From Arcobacteraceae bacterium (GTDB lineage Bacteria; Campylobacterota; Campylobacteria; Campylobacterales; Arcobacteraceae): a stretch of DNA of 64,000 nucleotides. Where the stretch lies: positions 160,001 to 224,000 of the forward strand of contig OY759974.1 of assembly GCA_963662945.1 (NCBI GenBank). Direction: 5' to 3'. This document shows, one piece after another, positions 20,472 through 27,735 of the stretch; position 1 is the first letter of the stretch; every line of letters starts with the position of its first letter. The notes beneath the pieces were generated by a model, which was given only the letters and a program-made list of their open reading frames with translations, searched no databases and was not told the origin of the DNA. Made by a program: the position numbers and the translations under genes.

Positions 20472-20619
20472 AACATTCCCCCTCATTACAAAAATAACTT
20501 TCTAAAAAGAGATATCTCTCTGCTGCTAAATGATCTATTCCTGGTACTCGTTGTAGCTGCTACACAAAAACTCTTATAAATACCATAACAAAAGGATTTT
20601 TACAACATCATAACAATTA

Positions 20620-20670
20620 ACTTTTTTTAACTATATTATCACTTTTTTACAACTTTTTTATACTTTTTTA
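20620..20670 (+). repeat. phased ACTTTTTTA direct repeats
   Basis: Copies at 20641, 20652 and 20662, variant at 20620. Confidence 0.6.
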
Positions 20671-20914
20671 TCATTCTTTAGTATCAAGAAAATAAAAAAT
20701 AATCTTTATTAAACAAAAAACTAAATATTCTAGTTGATCTAGTAATGATAGAAAACCTTAATCTCTATAAAGCCTATAAGTATGGGCTTTGTGTTTATTA
20801 ACTACATTCATTAATTTCACACGATCTACAAAAGAACTCAAAAAACTAATTTTATCCATCCATTTAAATCGTATCCTGTTGAGTCACTTACCTTATTTAC
20901 ACTTTTTAAAAATA

Positions 20915-21075
20915 TGCTGTAATTTTGTCGCTGTCCGCTGTGCAGTTTCGCTGTTGCTGTTCGCTGTGCAGTTTGCTGTTTATAGTGCTTTTTTGCTGTT
21001 GCAGTTACAACAAAGCCCCATAAATAGGTACTTTATACAACTGCGGTGTATTATTGCTACTATTACATTACTGCA
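20915..21075. repeat. iteron-like array A (YGCWGT) around a central imperfect palindrome
   Basis: 11 forward copies at 20915-21005, AAAGCCCCATAAATAGGTACTTT at 21012-21034, inverted copies at 21040 and 21070. Confidence 0.8.
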
Positions 21076-21233
21076 ACTGTATTCAAGAGTATTTCAAATT
21101 TATTATATTGATAAGTTTAATATGCCAACTGCATGTATAGATTAAATATTTATACAAATCTATCAAATAAGTAGCCTACTCTATAAAATAATGTATAAAA
21201 TCAGAAATAATCAAATACTTATCAACTTTTTTA

Positions 21234-21530
21234 TGTCTTAATTAAGACAAAACACTCAAAATTAAGACAGATTAAGACACTTTGTCTTAATCTGCAAACA
21301 TCCAAATGGGTATATATGTAAAATATATATAGGTATGTGTCTTAATGTCTTAAATATATAAATAATATTCTTTTTTTACTTTATATACTAGCTTTATGAT
21401 TATTCTTAAATTAAGACGAGATTAAGACAAATTAAGACATTTGTCTTAATTAAGAGGATTTTTTTTACATTTTTCTTTAATATAGCTTAATTTTATAGTT
21501 TTAAAAAGTGAGATTAAGACATTAAGACAC
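21234..21530. repeat. iteron-like array B (TTAAGAC), putative replication origin
   Basis: 8 forward copies (21242, 21262, 21272, 21411, 21422, 21432, 21514, 21522) and 5 reverse copies (21235, 21284, 21339, 21347, 21443) around AT-rich spacers. Confidence 0.85.
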
Positions 21531-21677
21531 ATAGCTCCATATAGAGAAAAAAGAGAGGGATATGTTCATAAATATAAAACATTCAAATGTAATATATTTA
21601 TTAGTTGTGCCTTAAATGGCAATCTAATATGTAATTTGATATGATTCAGTTTAAATAGTTACAAATAAGGTGTTTAA

Positions 21678-22430
21678 ATGATAAAATACATATATGATGA
21701 AGATGGTAATAAAACTGATGTTCAAATACCATTTGAATTATGGGAAAAAATTAAACTCAATTTAATTGATAAACATCTTTCTGATGAATTTGAAGAAATT
21801 GATAATGCGGACAATTTCTATCACACAGACTACTTACATATTCATTATATAGATATTATAGACTTATTTCTCAATAATAATGGCAAAGAAATACAAGAAG
21901 CTTACGAACATTATTTTGATTATTATAATTCGTTATCTGCGTATGATATTGAACTATTGTATATATTTAGAGGAGGTACTTTCTTCAATCTTAGAAATAA
22001 AAACTTCAATAACCATGCAAAGACATTATCTGATATATTTGAATTAACAACTCTAAATAACTTAGCAATAAATGAAGAACAATTTAATAGCATGGTTATA
22101 GAAAGCCATAGAAGAAATGAAATATCATTTTTACAATACTTTAAAATGAATTTTAAAATAAATAGAAAAATAAAATCTATAAGATTAAATAGAAAAACAG
22201 AACGAGATAGATTATTTATTTATGACATGTTACATTCAACATTTACAATTGAAAATATTATTATGGCTAAAGGCTTAGAAAAAACAGAACAAAGTATTAA
22301 TTCAATAAAAAAACATCTTTTAACTATGCTATCAAATTTCTTTTATAATGGTAATAAAGCACAAGTCTATAGAGCACAAAAAGAAGTATCAGAAAGATTA
22401 TTATATACAAATAGTAACTTTAAAATGTAA
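21678..22430 (+). CDS. hypothetical protein with RelB-like antitoxin N-terminal motif
   Basis: AAGG RBS; KYIYDEDGNKTDVQIPFELWEKI resembles the YITDxxGxKxxVxIPxxxYExL antitoxin N-terminus. Confidence 0.7.
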   Translation: MIKYIYDEDGNKTDVQIPFELWEKIKLNLIDKHLSDEFEEIDNADNFYHTDYLHIHYIDIIDLFLNNNGKEIQEAYEHYFDYYNSLSAYDIELLYIFRGGTFFNLRNKNFNNHAKTLSDIFELTTLNNLAINEEQFNSMVIESHRRNEISFLQYFKMNFKINRKIKSIRLNRKTERDRLFIYDMLHSTFTIENIIMAKGLEKTEQSINSIKKHLLTMLSNFFYNGNKAQVYRAQKEVSERLLYTNSNFKM

Positions 22431-22451
22431 TTTAACATATATAGATTGTTC

Positions 22452-22541
22452 AATAAATACATTTTAATATACTTAAATGTATTTATTTAAGCTTAATAAA
22501 AGTTAATTTAGTTCATAATTCCTTAATAAAATACATTTAAG
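22452..22541. promoter_or_regulatory. putative operator sites upstream of the AlpA-like gene
   Basis: Perfect 13-bp inverted repeat AATAAATACATTT (22452) / AAATGTATTTATT (22475); third AAATACATTT site at 22529. Confidence 0.55.
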
Positions 22542-22550
22542 GATATTAAA

Positions 22551-22754
22551 ATGAAACAAATTGAAGACTTCATTACAATTGAAGAGACAAGTCAACTAAC
22601 TGGTTTAACTCCAAAATCACTATCAAACTATCGTTCTAGAAAAGTAAAGTTTCCATTTTACAAAATGGGTGGGCAAATTTGGTACAAAAAATCTGAAATA
22701 CTAGAAATTATAAACAATAGTAGAGTATCTGTATCTACAGAGGTACAGTCATGA
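22551..22754 (+). CDS. AlpA/excisionase-like helix-turn-helix protein
   Basis: 67 aa; FITIEETSQLTGLTPKSLSNYR...PFYKMGGQIWYKKSEI (HTH_17/MerR-like). Confidence 0.85.
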   Translation: MKQIEDFITIEETSQLTGLTPKSLSNYRSRKVKFPFYKMGGQIWYKKSEILEIINNSRVSVSTEVQS

Positions 22755-22960
22755 TACAAGAATACGAAATCAAAGACTACATCAATCAAGAGTTATCTAA
22801 AAATCAAACCATAGAAGTACTAACTGACCATTTAGTGGAACATACAGATATATTAACATTCATAGTAACCAAACACAATGGGGATACAATGAATATATCA
22901 AGAACTAGAAAAATTGCCTATGTAAAAAACTATATTGAGAATGTACAACGATATGGATAA
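22751..22960 (+). CDS. small hypothetical protein
   Basis: ATGA overlap with the HTH gene; GAGG RBS. Confidence 0.65.
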   Translation: MIQEYEIKDYINQELSKNQTIEVLTDHLVEHTDILTFIVTKHNGDTMNISRTRKIAYVKNYIENVQRYG

Positions 22961-23201
22961 TCTATTAAGAGATTTAAAATACTTCTTACTACACCATTAT
23001 GAGCAAGGGAAAAGTAAAAAGGTACTTTTAGGGCTACTTAATGAACTAGAAGATGAAAAAAAAGCTATATTACAAGTATATTTTAAATTAAAACAAGAAG
23101 ATATAAAACCAATTTTAGTAAAACAATTACTCATGAAGTATATCAATGAGATAACCATACAAATTGATAATAAGCGGAAAAAATTGAATAAGATAATATA
23201 G
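22953..23201 (+). CDS. small hypothetical protein
   Basis: ORF 22935-23201; likely start MDNLL overlapping the end of the previous gene. Confidence 0.55.
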   Translation: MDNLLRDLKYFLLHHYEQGKSKKVLLGLLNELEDEKKAILQVYFKLKQEDIKPILVKQLLMKYINEITIQIDNKRKKLNKII

Positions 23202-23385
23202 CTATAAATTTCCCTATATATAGATAATACAATCACATAATTATGGGATTGTGGGGTAATTAATTCTTAAGGGTAATTCTTAAGTGAGAGGATAAGGGAG
23301 AGGAATTGAAACAAAATAAAATTAAAATTGAAGTGTCTAAAAAACACTAATCAATATAAAAAAACTTTAAACAATAGGAATAAAA

Positions 23386-25134
23386 TTGCAACATTATAGC
23401 TTACAAACAGAACAATCAGTATTAGCAACTTTAATTGATAACTATGATAAGTTTGAAAAATATCATACTCAATTAAAACCTGAAACATTTTTCTATGAAG
23501 CTAACCAAAGTATCTATAGTGCTATGCAAATTCTCTATAAAGATGATAAGCCTATAGATGCAGACTTTATAAGGCAAGAGCTAGATAAACAAGGAACTTC
23601 TATAGATGATTTCTTAATAGCAGTTATTACAAGTACTCCTACGGCAGTTATTGAAAAATATATTAAACAACTGCAGAAAGCACATGAAGAAAGAGAGGCT
23701 TTATCAGTAACTACCCTACTAAGAGAAGGGAAAATATCTGTAGAGCAACTGCAAACTAAACTTTCCAAGATACAAAACTTATACGATCGTGTTGAAAACA
23801 ATGAACTATCAAATAAAACTATTAATTTAGATAAACTATCTCCATTTTTAAAAGATGTGATCACTGACTTGCATAGTATAAATGAACATCCTATAAATAT
23901 GATACTTTCTACTGTCTTAACCTCAATGGGTGGACTTATCGGTGCTAGAGCTAAAGTAACAAATGGAATGTTTGAAGTTTATCCTGTAATATGGAGTATC
24001 ATAGTTGCCCCGTCATCATTAGCAACGAAATCAACACTTACTAGATATACCAAAAAATGTATCTTTGGTGAGCTTCAAGATAATCTATTTGAAGAATATA
24101 GAGGAAGACTGGAAAAATACAAAGAAGAAAGAAAAGCCTATAATAATCTATCGAAAGAAGATAAAAGAAACGAGATAGAACCTGAAAAGCCTGAACCACA
24201 ACTTCTTATATTTCAAAATGATGGTACACCTGAAGCAAAACTCAAATCTTTAGAAGATAATCCAAATGGTGGAGTTGTGTATTATGATGAGATGAAAGCA
24301 GAACTAGAAAAAACCAACAACGATAAAAGCTATAAAGCATTAAAAACATCTACCTTTGATGGAGATAGATTTCATAAAAGACTTGTAAATGGTGGTAGTA
24401 TCATACTTGAACATCCTATATTATGTGAAAATGGACTTATAACAGAACAATGGCTGTTAGATGTTATTCACAAAGATGATATCGTGAGTGGATTTATGGC
24501 AAGGTTTCTATTTAGTTACAATAAAAAAGAAGATTTTAAACCACTACAGATAAAACCACTTAGTATAAAAGTAGAAAAATATGCAAAAGTTGGAGAGTTT
24601 ATAATAGAAATGTTAGAACTTGAATGTAAAGAGCCAAATTTATTTAATCTTACTCTTGAAGCTAGAAATTATTACACTAATTGGTTTAATGACTTGTCAG
24701 ACACCATCTTCTATACTGAAACAGATGAAGAGATTACATCTAGCTATAGACTTACTACCTATGTTCTAAAATTTGCACTTATTAGCTATATTTTTGATAT
24801 GGCATATCAAGAAAATAATATCATCAAAAGTGGTTCAATAGCAATACCACTAAAATACATAAAAGAAGCTATATATCTTTTTGAGATATTTAGAGATGAA
24901 AATGACAAAGTACTTGCATTGTTTCAAAAGAATAATAAACTACATAAAACACTTGATGATATCTCAATGAAACTACAAAATAAGATTAGAGCTACTAAAG
25001 ATAAAAGAATATCAAAAACAAATGCAACTAATAGTATTAGAGGATTAAATGCTAAAAAATTAGATGAATTTATTGAGAAAAATTTATTTAGAATTGAGCA
25101 GATAGATAGAGTTAATTATATCTTTGAATGTTGA
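23386..25134 (+). CDS. DnaB-helicase N-terminal domain fused to a DUF3987/YfjI-type P-loop domain (putative replicase)
   Basis: SLQTEQSVLATLI...LKPETFFYEANQSIYSAM..L...KPID is DnaB_N-like; IVAPSSLATKS (Walker A-like), TPEA, YYDEM (Walker B-like) and SGFMARFL are YfjI/DUF3987-like; TTG start with AGGA RBS. Confidence 0.8.
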   Translation: MQHYSLQTEQSVLATLIDNYDKFEKYHTQLKPETFFYEANQSIYSAMQILYKDDKPIDADFIRQELDKQGTSIDDFLIAVITSTPTAVIEKYIKQLQKAHEEREALSVTTLLREGKISVEQLQTKLSKIQNLYDRVENNELSNKTINLDKLSPFLKDVITDLHSINEHPINMILSTVLTSMGGLIGARAKVTNGMFEVYPVIWSIIVAPSSLATKSTLTRYTKKCIFGELQDNLFEEYRGRLEKYKEERKAYNNLSKEDKRNEIEPEKPEPQLLIFQNDGTPEAKLKSLEDNPNGGVVYYDEMKAELEKTNNDKSYKALKTSTFDGDRFHKRLVNGGSIILEHPILCENGLITEQWLLDVIHKDDIVSGFMARFLFSYNKKEDFKPLQIKPLSIKVEKYAKVGEFIIEMLELECKEPNLFNLTLEARNYYTNWFNDLSDTIFYTETDEEITSSYRLTTYVLKFALISYIFDMAYQENNIIKSGSIAIPLKYIKEAIYLFEIFRDENDKVLALFQKNNKLHKTLDDISMKLQNKIRATKDKRISKTNATNSIRGLNAKKLDEFIEKNLFRIEQIDRVNYIFEC

Positions 25135-25145
25135 AAGGAAATACC

Positions 25146-26057
25146 ATGACACCACAAGTAAAAAAACTATTAGTACAATATAAAAGATATAGCTACTTTG
25201 TAGAGCAATATAATACTTATCTAGTATTAAAAGGTCATTGTAAAAATACAACTAATACATATATGAGACAAGCAAAAAAGTTTTTTATATTTATGAATAA
25301 AGATCTTATAGATAGAGATATGGTTATGAAATTTGTTATGCAACAGAAAACTACAGAGTCATCAACTAAAAATCATATTATATCTTGCACTAACAATATC
25401 ATAGAATTTGCTGAAAGTATAAATAAGTTTGATGACAATAAAAAAGGATTTAAACTATGTTCGGTACGAAATCATAGAAAAATACCTAAGATACTATCCT
25501 ATGAAGATATATCTGTCGTATTAGATACTCTAAAGAATAATAGAAAAGATTGGATGAGCTATAGGGATTATGCACTATTTATATTTTTATACGCAACAGG
25601 TGTGAGAGTAAGTGAATGTATAGAACTAACAACAGCTGATTTAATAGAAGATAAGCTCATAAAAGTAAATAATGGTAAAGGTAGTAAGGATAGAATAGTT
25701 CCTATAGCGATGAAAGCAGTAGAAGCACTAAAAGAATATATAGAACTTTGTCCCTTTGATACATCAAAAAACTTGTGGGTTAACTACATGGGTAAAAAGA
25801 TAAGTAGAATTTCTATATTTAAAATCACTAAAAATTGTGCAAATATAAGCCCACATAAACTAAGACATAGCTACGCAACACATTTATATAATAATGGTAT
25901 GGATTTAATGGTTCTTAGTCAATTATTAGGTCATGAGAATATTGAGACAACAGAGATATATCTTCATGTAGATAATAAGCAACTAAAAGAATGTATAGCT
26001 AAACACCACCCTATTAATAATTTAACTCAAGAGCAAAGGCAATCTATATTATGTTAA
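25146..26057 (+). CDS. XerC/XerD-like tyrosine recombinase
   Basis: RDYALF..LYATGVRVSE, GKGSKDRIVP, SPHKLRHSYATH, LLGHE, TEIY; AAAGGA RBS before ATG 25146. Confidence 0.93.
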   Translation: MTPQVKKLLVQYKRYSYFVEQYNTYLVLKGHCKNTTNTYMRQAKKFFIFMNKDLIDRDMVMKFVMQQKTTESSTKNHIISCTNNIIEFAESINKFDDNKKGFKLCSVRNHRKIPKILSYEDISVVLDTLKNNRKDWMSYRDYALFIFLYATGVRVSECIELTTADLIEDKLIKVNNGKGSKDRIVPIAMKAVEALKEYIELCPFDTSKNLWVNYMGKKISRISIFKITKNCANISPHKLRHSYATHLYNNGMDLMVLSQLLGHENIETTEIYLHVDNKQLKECIAKHHPINNLTQEQRQSILC

Positions 26058-26878
26058 TCAATATGTTTGCAAAAGATGAATATTTAGGGAAAAAAGGTGG
26101 AAGTGGTATTCCTCAATTTATAATTTCTAAAATGCCTAAGCACGATATTTATATTGAAGCTTTTTTAGGAACTGGTGTAATTATGGCAAAGAAAAAAAAA
26201 GCTAAAGTTAATATTGGTATTGATAAAGATATATCTATACTGCAGAAAACAAACTTTACAGATGAATACCAAATATTACACGGAGATAGCATAATATTTA
26301 TTAAGTACCTTATAGAAAAATACATCTATGACGGAACTGTATTAGTATATCTTGACCCACCATATTTGCCTGAAACTAGAACATTTTTTAAAAACTGTAA
26401 ATATAAACACGAATTAGTACTTGATAGACATATACAACTATTAGATATCTGTACAAAATTATCTATGTTACATGATAACTTGCATTTTATGATAAGTGGT
26501 TATGCATCACAGCTTTATACAACTATGCTCGAGCATAGACATAATTGGAAACATTTTGAAACTAAAACAATGAGTAGAGGTGGAGTAAAAACAGAACATT
26601 TATGGACTAGTTTTAATCCTGATGAATATTTAAAACACGACCTTAACTATGTTGGCCATAATTTTACAGATAGACAAAGAATAAAAAGAAAAGCTAAAAG
26701 ATGGTTAAACAATTTAGAAAATATGGCTTTAGATGAAAAAACATTACTACTTGAACTGATCCATCATAGATATAAAAATCTATTTAACCAGGTATCAAAT
26801 AAAGCTGCTTACATAGATAATATTGACAATGGTGCACTAAAGTCACTTTTGTCTATAGGTGATGAAAGACAAAAATAG
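26051..26878 (+). CDS. orphan DNA adenine methyltransferase (D12/Dam-like, phage type)
   Basis: YLGKKG, YIEAFLGTG SAM-binding motif, YLDPPY catalytic motif, MISGY. Confidence 0.88.
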   Translation: MLINMFAKDEYLGKKGGSGIPQFIISKMPKHDIYIEAFLGTGVIMAKKKKAKVNIGIDKDISILQKTNFTDEYQILHGDSIIFIKYLIEKYIYDGTVLVYLDPPYLPETRTFFKNCKYKHELVLDRHIQLLDICTKLSMLHDNLHFMISGYASQLYTTMLEHRHNWKHFETKTMSRGGVKTEHLWTSFNPDEYLKHDLNYVGHNFTDRQRIKRKAKRWLNNLENMALDEKTLLLELIHHRYKNLFNQVSNKAAYIDNIDNGALKSLLSIGDERQK

Positions 26879-26881
26879 CAT

Positions 26882-26914
26882 AAAAAAAAGAGCAAGACTC
26901 ACGCCCTACTCTTT
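26882..26914 (-). terminator. intrinsic terminator
   Basis: Minus strand AAAGAGTAGGGC-GTGA-GTCTTGCTCTTT-TTTTT: 12-bp stem with three G-U pairs and a GNRA loop. Confidence 0.8.
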
Positions 26915-26949
26915 CAATACTTCCAACCACGAAAGCCCCTTATATAAGT
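26882..26949 (-). ncRNA. predicted ~70-nt small RNA
   Basis: Minus-strand TGCTATAAT at 26964-26956 and a minus-strand-specific terminator ending in T8; no ORF. Confidence 0.6.
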
Positions 26950-26955
26950 ACCAAA

Positions 26956-26964
26956 ATTATAGCA
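26956..26964 (-). promoter_or_regulatory. extended -10 promoter for the predicted sRNA
   Basis: Reverse complement of ATTATAGCA is TGCTATAAT, identical to the tRNA and TA promoters. Confidence 0.6.
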
Positions 26965-26973
26965 AAAGAATCT

Positions 26974-27012
26974 AAAAGGTAAATATATTAATGCCTAAAT
27001 GTTACCTTTTTT
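26974..27012. repeat. putative integrase arm-type sites at the right end
   Basis: TGTTACCTTTTTT at 27000-27012 is identical to 18511-18523; inverted AAAAGGTAAA at 26974-26983. Confidence 0.7.
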
Positions 27013-27064
27013 AAGAAAAATAACAACAATTCCCTTTATTAAAGGCATTATAACTATATTAGAA

Positions 27065-27082
27065 CCGGTCAGCGGTACCACT
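27065..27082 (+). repeat. attR core (duplicated tRNA-Leu 3' end)
   Basis: CCGGTCAGCGGTACCACT identical to 18346-18363. Confidence 0.95.
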
Positions 27083-27158
27083 TTTTTTCATTTATATTTC
27101 AATGCCTTTGTCAAATAATATTTCTGTAAACTTTTAACTTTTACAAAAGCAAATTTTC

Positions 27159-27734
27159 CTACTTCATTACTCTTATATTACTTGGCAATAACTTCATAAC
27201 AGGCTTCTTTTTAGGTCTATTTTCAATCCAATTTCTATATATCTCTAAAACTTTATCTCTAGGTATCTCCAACGATGGATTATTTGTAAATGCCAATGCC
27301 TCTAAAACCCGTCTTTTCGTTACAACATTTTGTTGAGACTCTTGAAGTGCTATTGTTATAGTGTCTTGATTGACTAAAATGGTTCGCAAAAAAGATTCAC
27401 ATTGACCAATTTTTTGATAAGTTGTATTTGATAAGTTTTTTAATCTTTTATACTCTTGTTCAAGTCTATTTAGATATGTAGTTCTTAAGATTGACATATC
27501 TCTTGATGTCGCCTCTTTTTTATAAAGTTCTTTGTAGTATAACTTACCAAACTGTAAAGAGATCAGTTCAGCTTGTTTATAAGCTTTACTCGTAAGAGTA
27601 TTTTGTGATGTTGATAATATTAAAAAGTTTGCTGAACAAAAACCAATACCCTCAAGATTTTCTTCATAAAACTTCGGATCTGCTAGTACTACTGAAATCA
27701 TTAGACCATAAATAAACAGTAGTTTTTTCATCAT
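27159..27734 (-). CDS. hypothetical exported protein
   Basis: Signal peptide MKKLLFIYGLMISVVLA; directly follows dapE. Confidence 0.75.
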   Translation of the reverse strand: MMKKLLFIYGLMISVVLADPKFYEENLEGIGFCSANFLILSTSQNTLTSKAYKQAELISLQFGKLYYKELYKKEATSRDMSILRTTYLNRLEQEYKRLKNLSNTTYQKIGQCESFLRTILVNQDTITIALQESQQNVVTKRRVLEALAFTNNPSLEIPRDKVLEIYRNWIENRPKKKPVMKLLPSNIRVMK

Positions 27735-27735
27735 T

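Larger units (their letters stand above)
18346..27082 (+). mobile_element. ~8.7 kb tRNA-Leu-integrated element (capsid-less, phage-satellite/PICMI-like)
   Basis: Flanking 18-bp direct repeats; integrase next to attL; AlpA-like HTH, DUF3987 replicase, iteron arrays, TA module; no recognised virion or conjugation genes. Confidence 0.9.

Noticed and set aside
20789-21145. 118-aa plus-strand ORF
   Set aside because: TTG start without RBS; its Ala/Val/Leu/Gln/Cys-rich sequence is a by-product of the YGCWGT repeat array
20915-21530. Possible CRISPR array
   Set aside because: Repeat units are only 6-10 bp, occur in both orientations and lack regular unique spacers; no cas genes in the window
26192-26200. 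A9 tract in the methylase as a phase-variation site
   Set aside because: In-frame Lys codons; A-runs are common at this AT content, and no long G/C tract (8 or more) typical of Campylobacterota contingency loci was seen
18346-27082. Complete prophage or conjugative element
   Set aside because: No recognisable capsid, terminase, tail, lysis, relaxase or T4SS genes
27041-27109. 9-bp inverted repeat AAAGGCATT/AATGCCTTT flanking attR
   Set aside because: Short, one arm lies outside the element, and there is no counterpart at attL; could be chance
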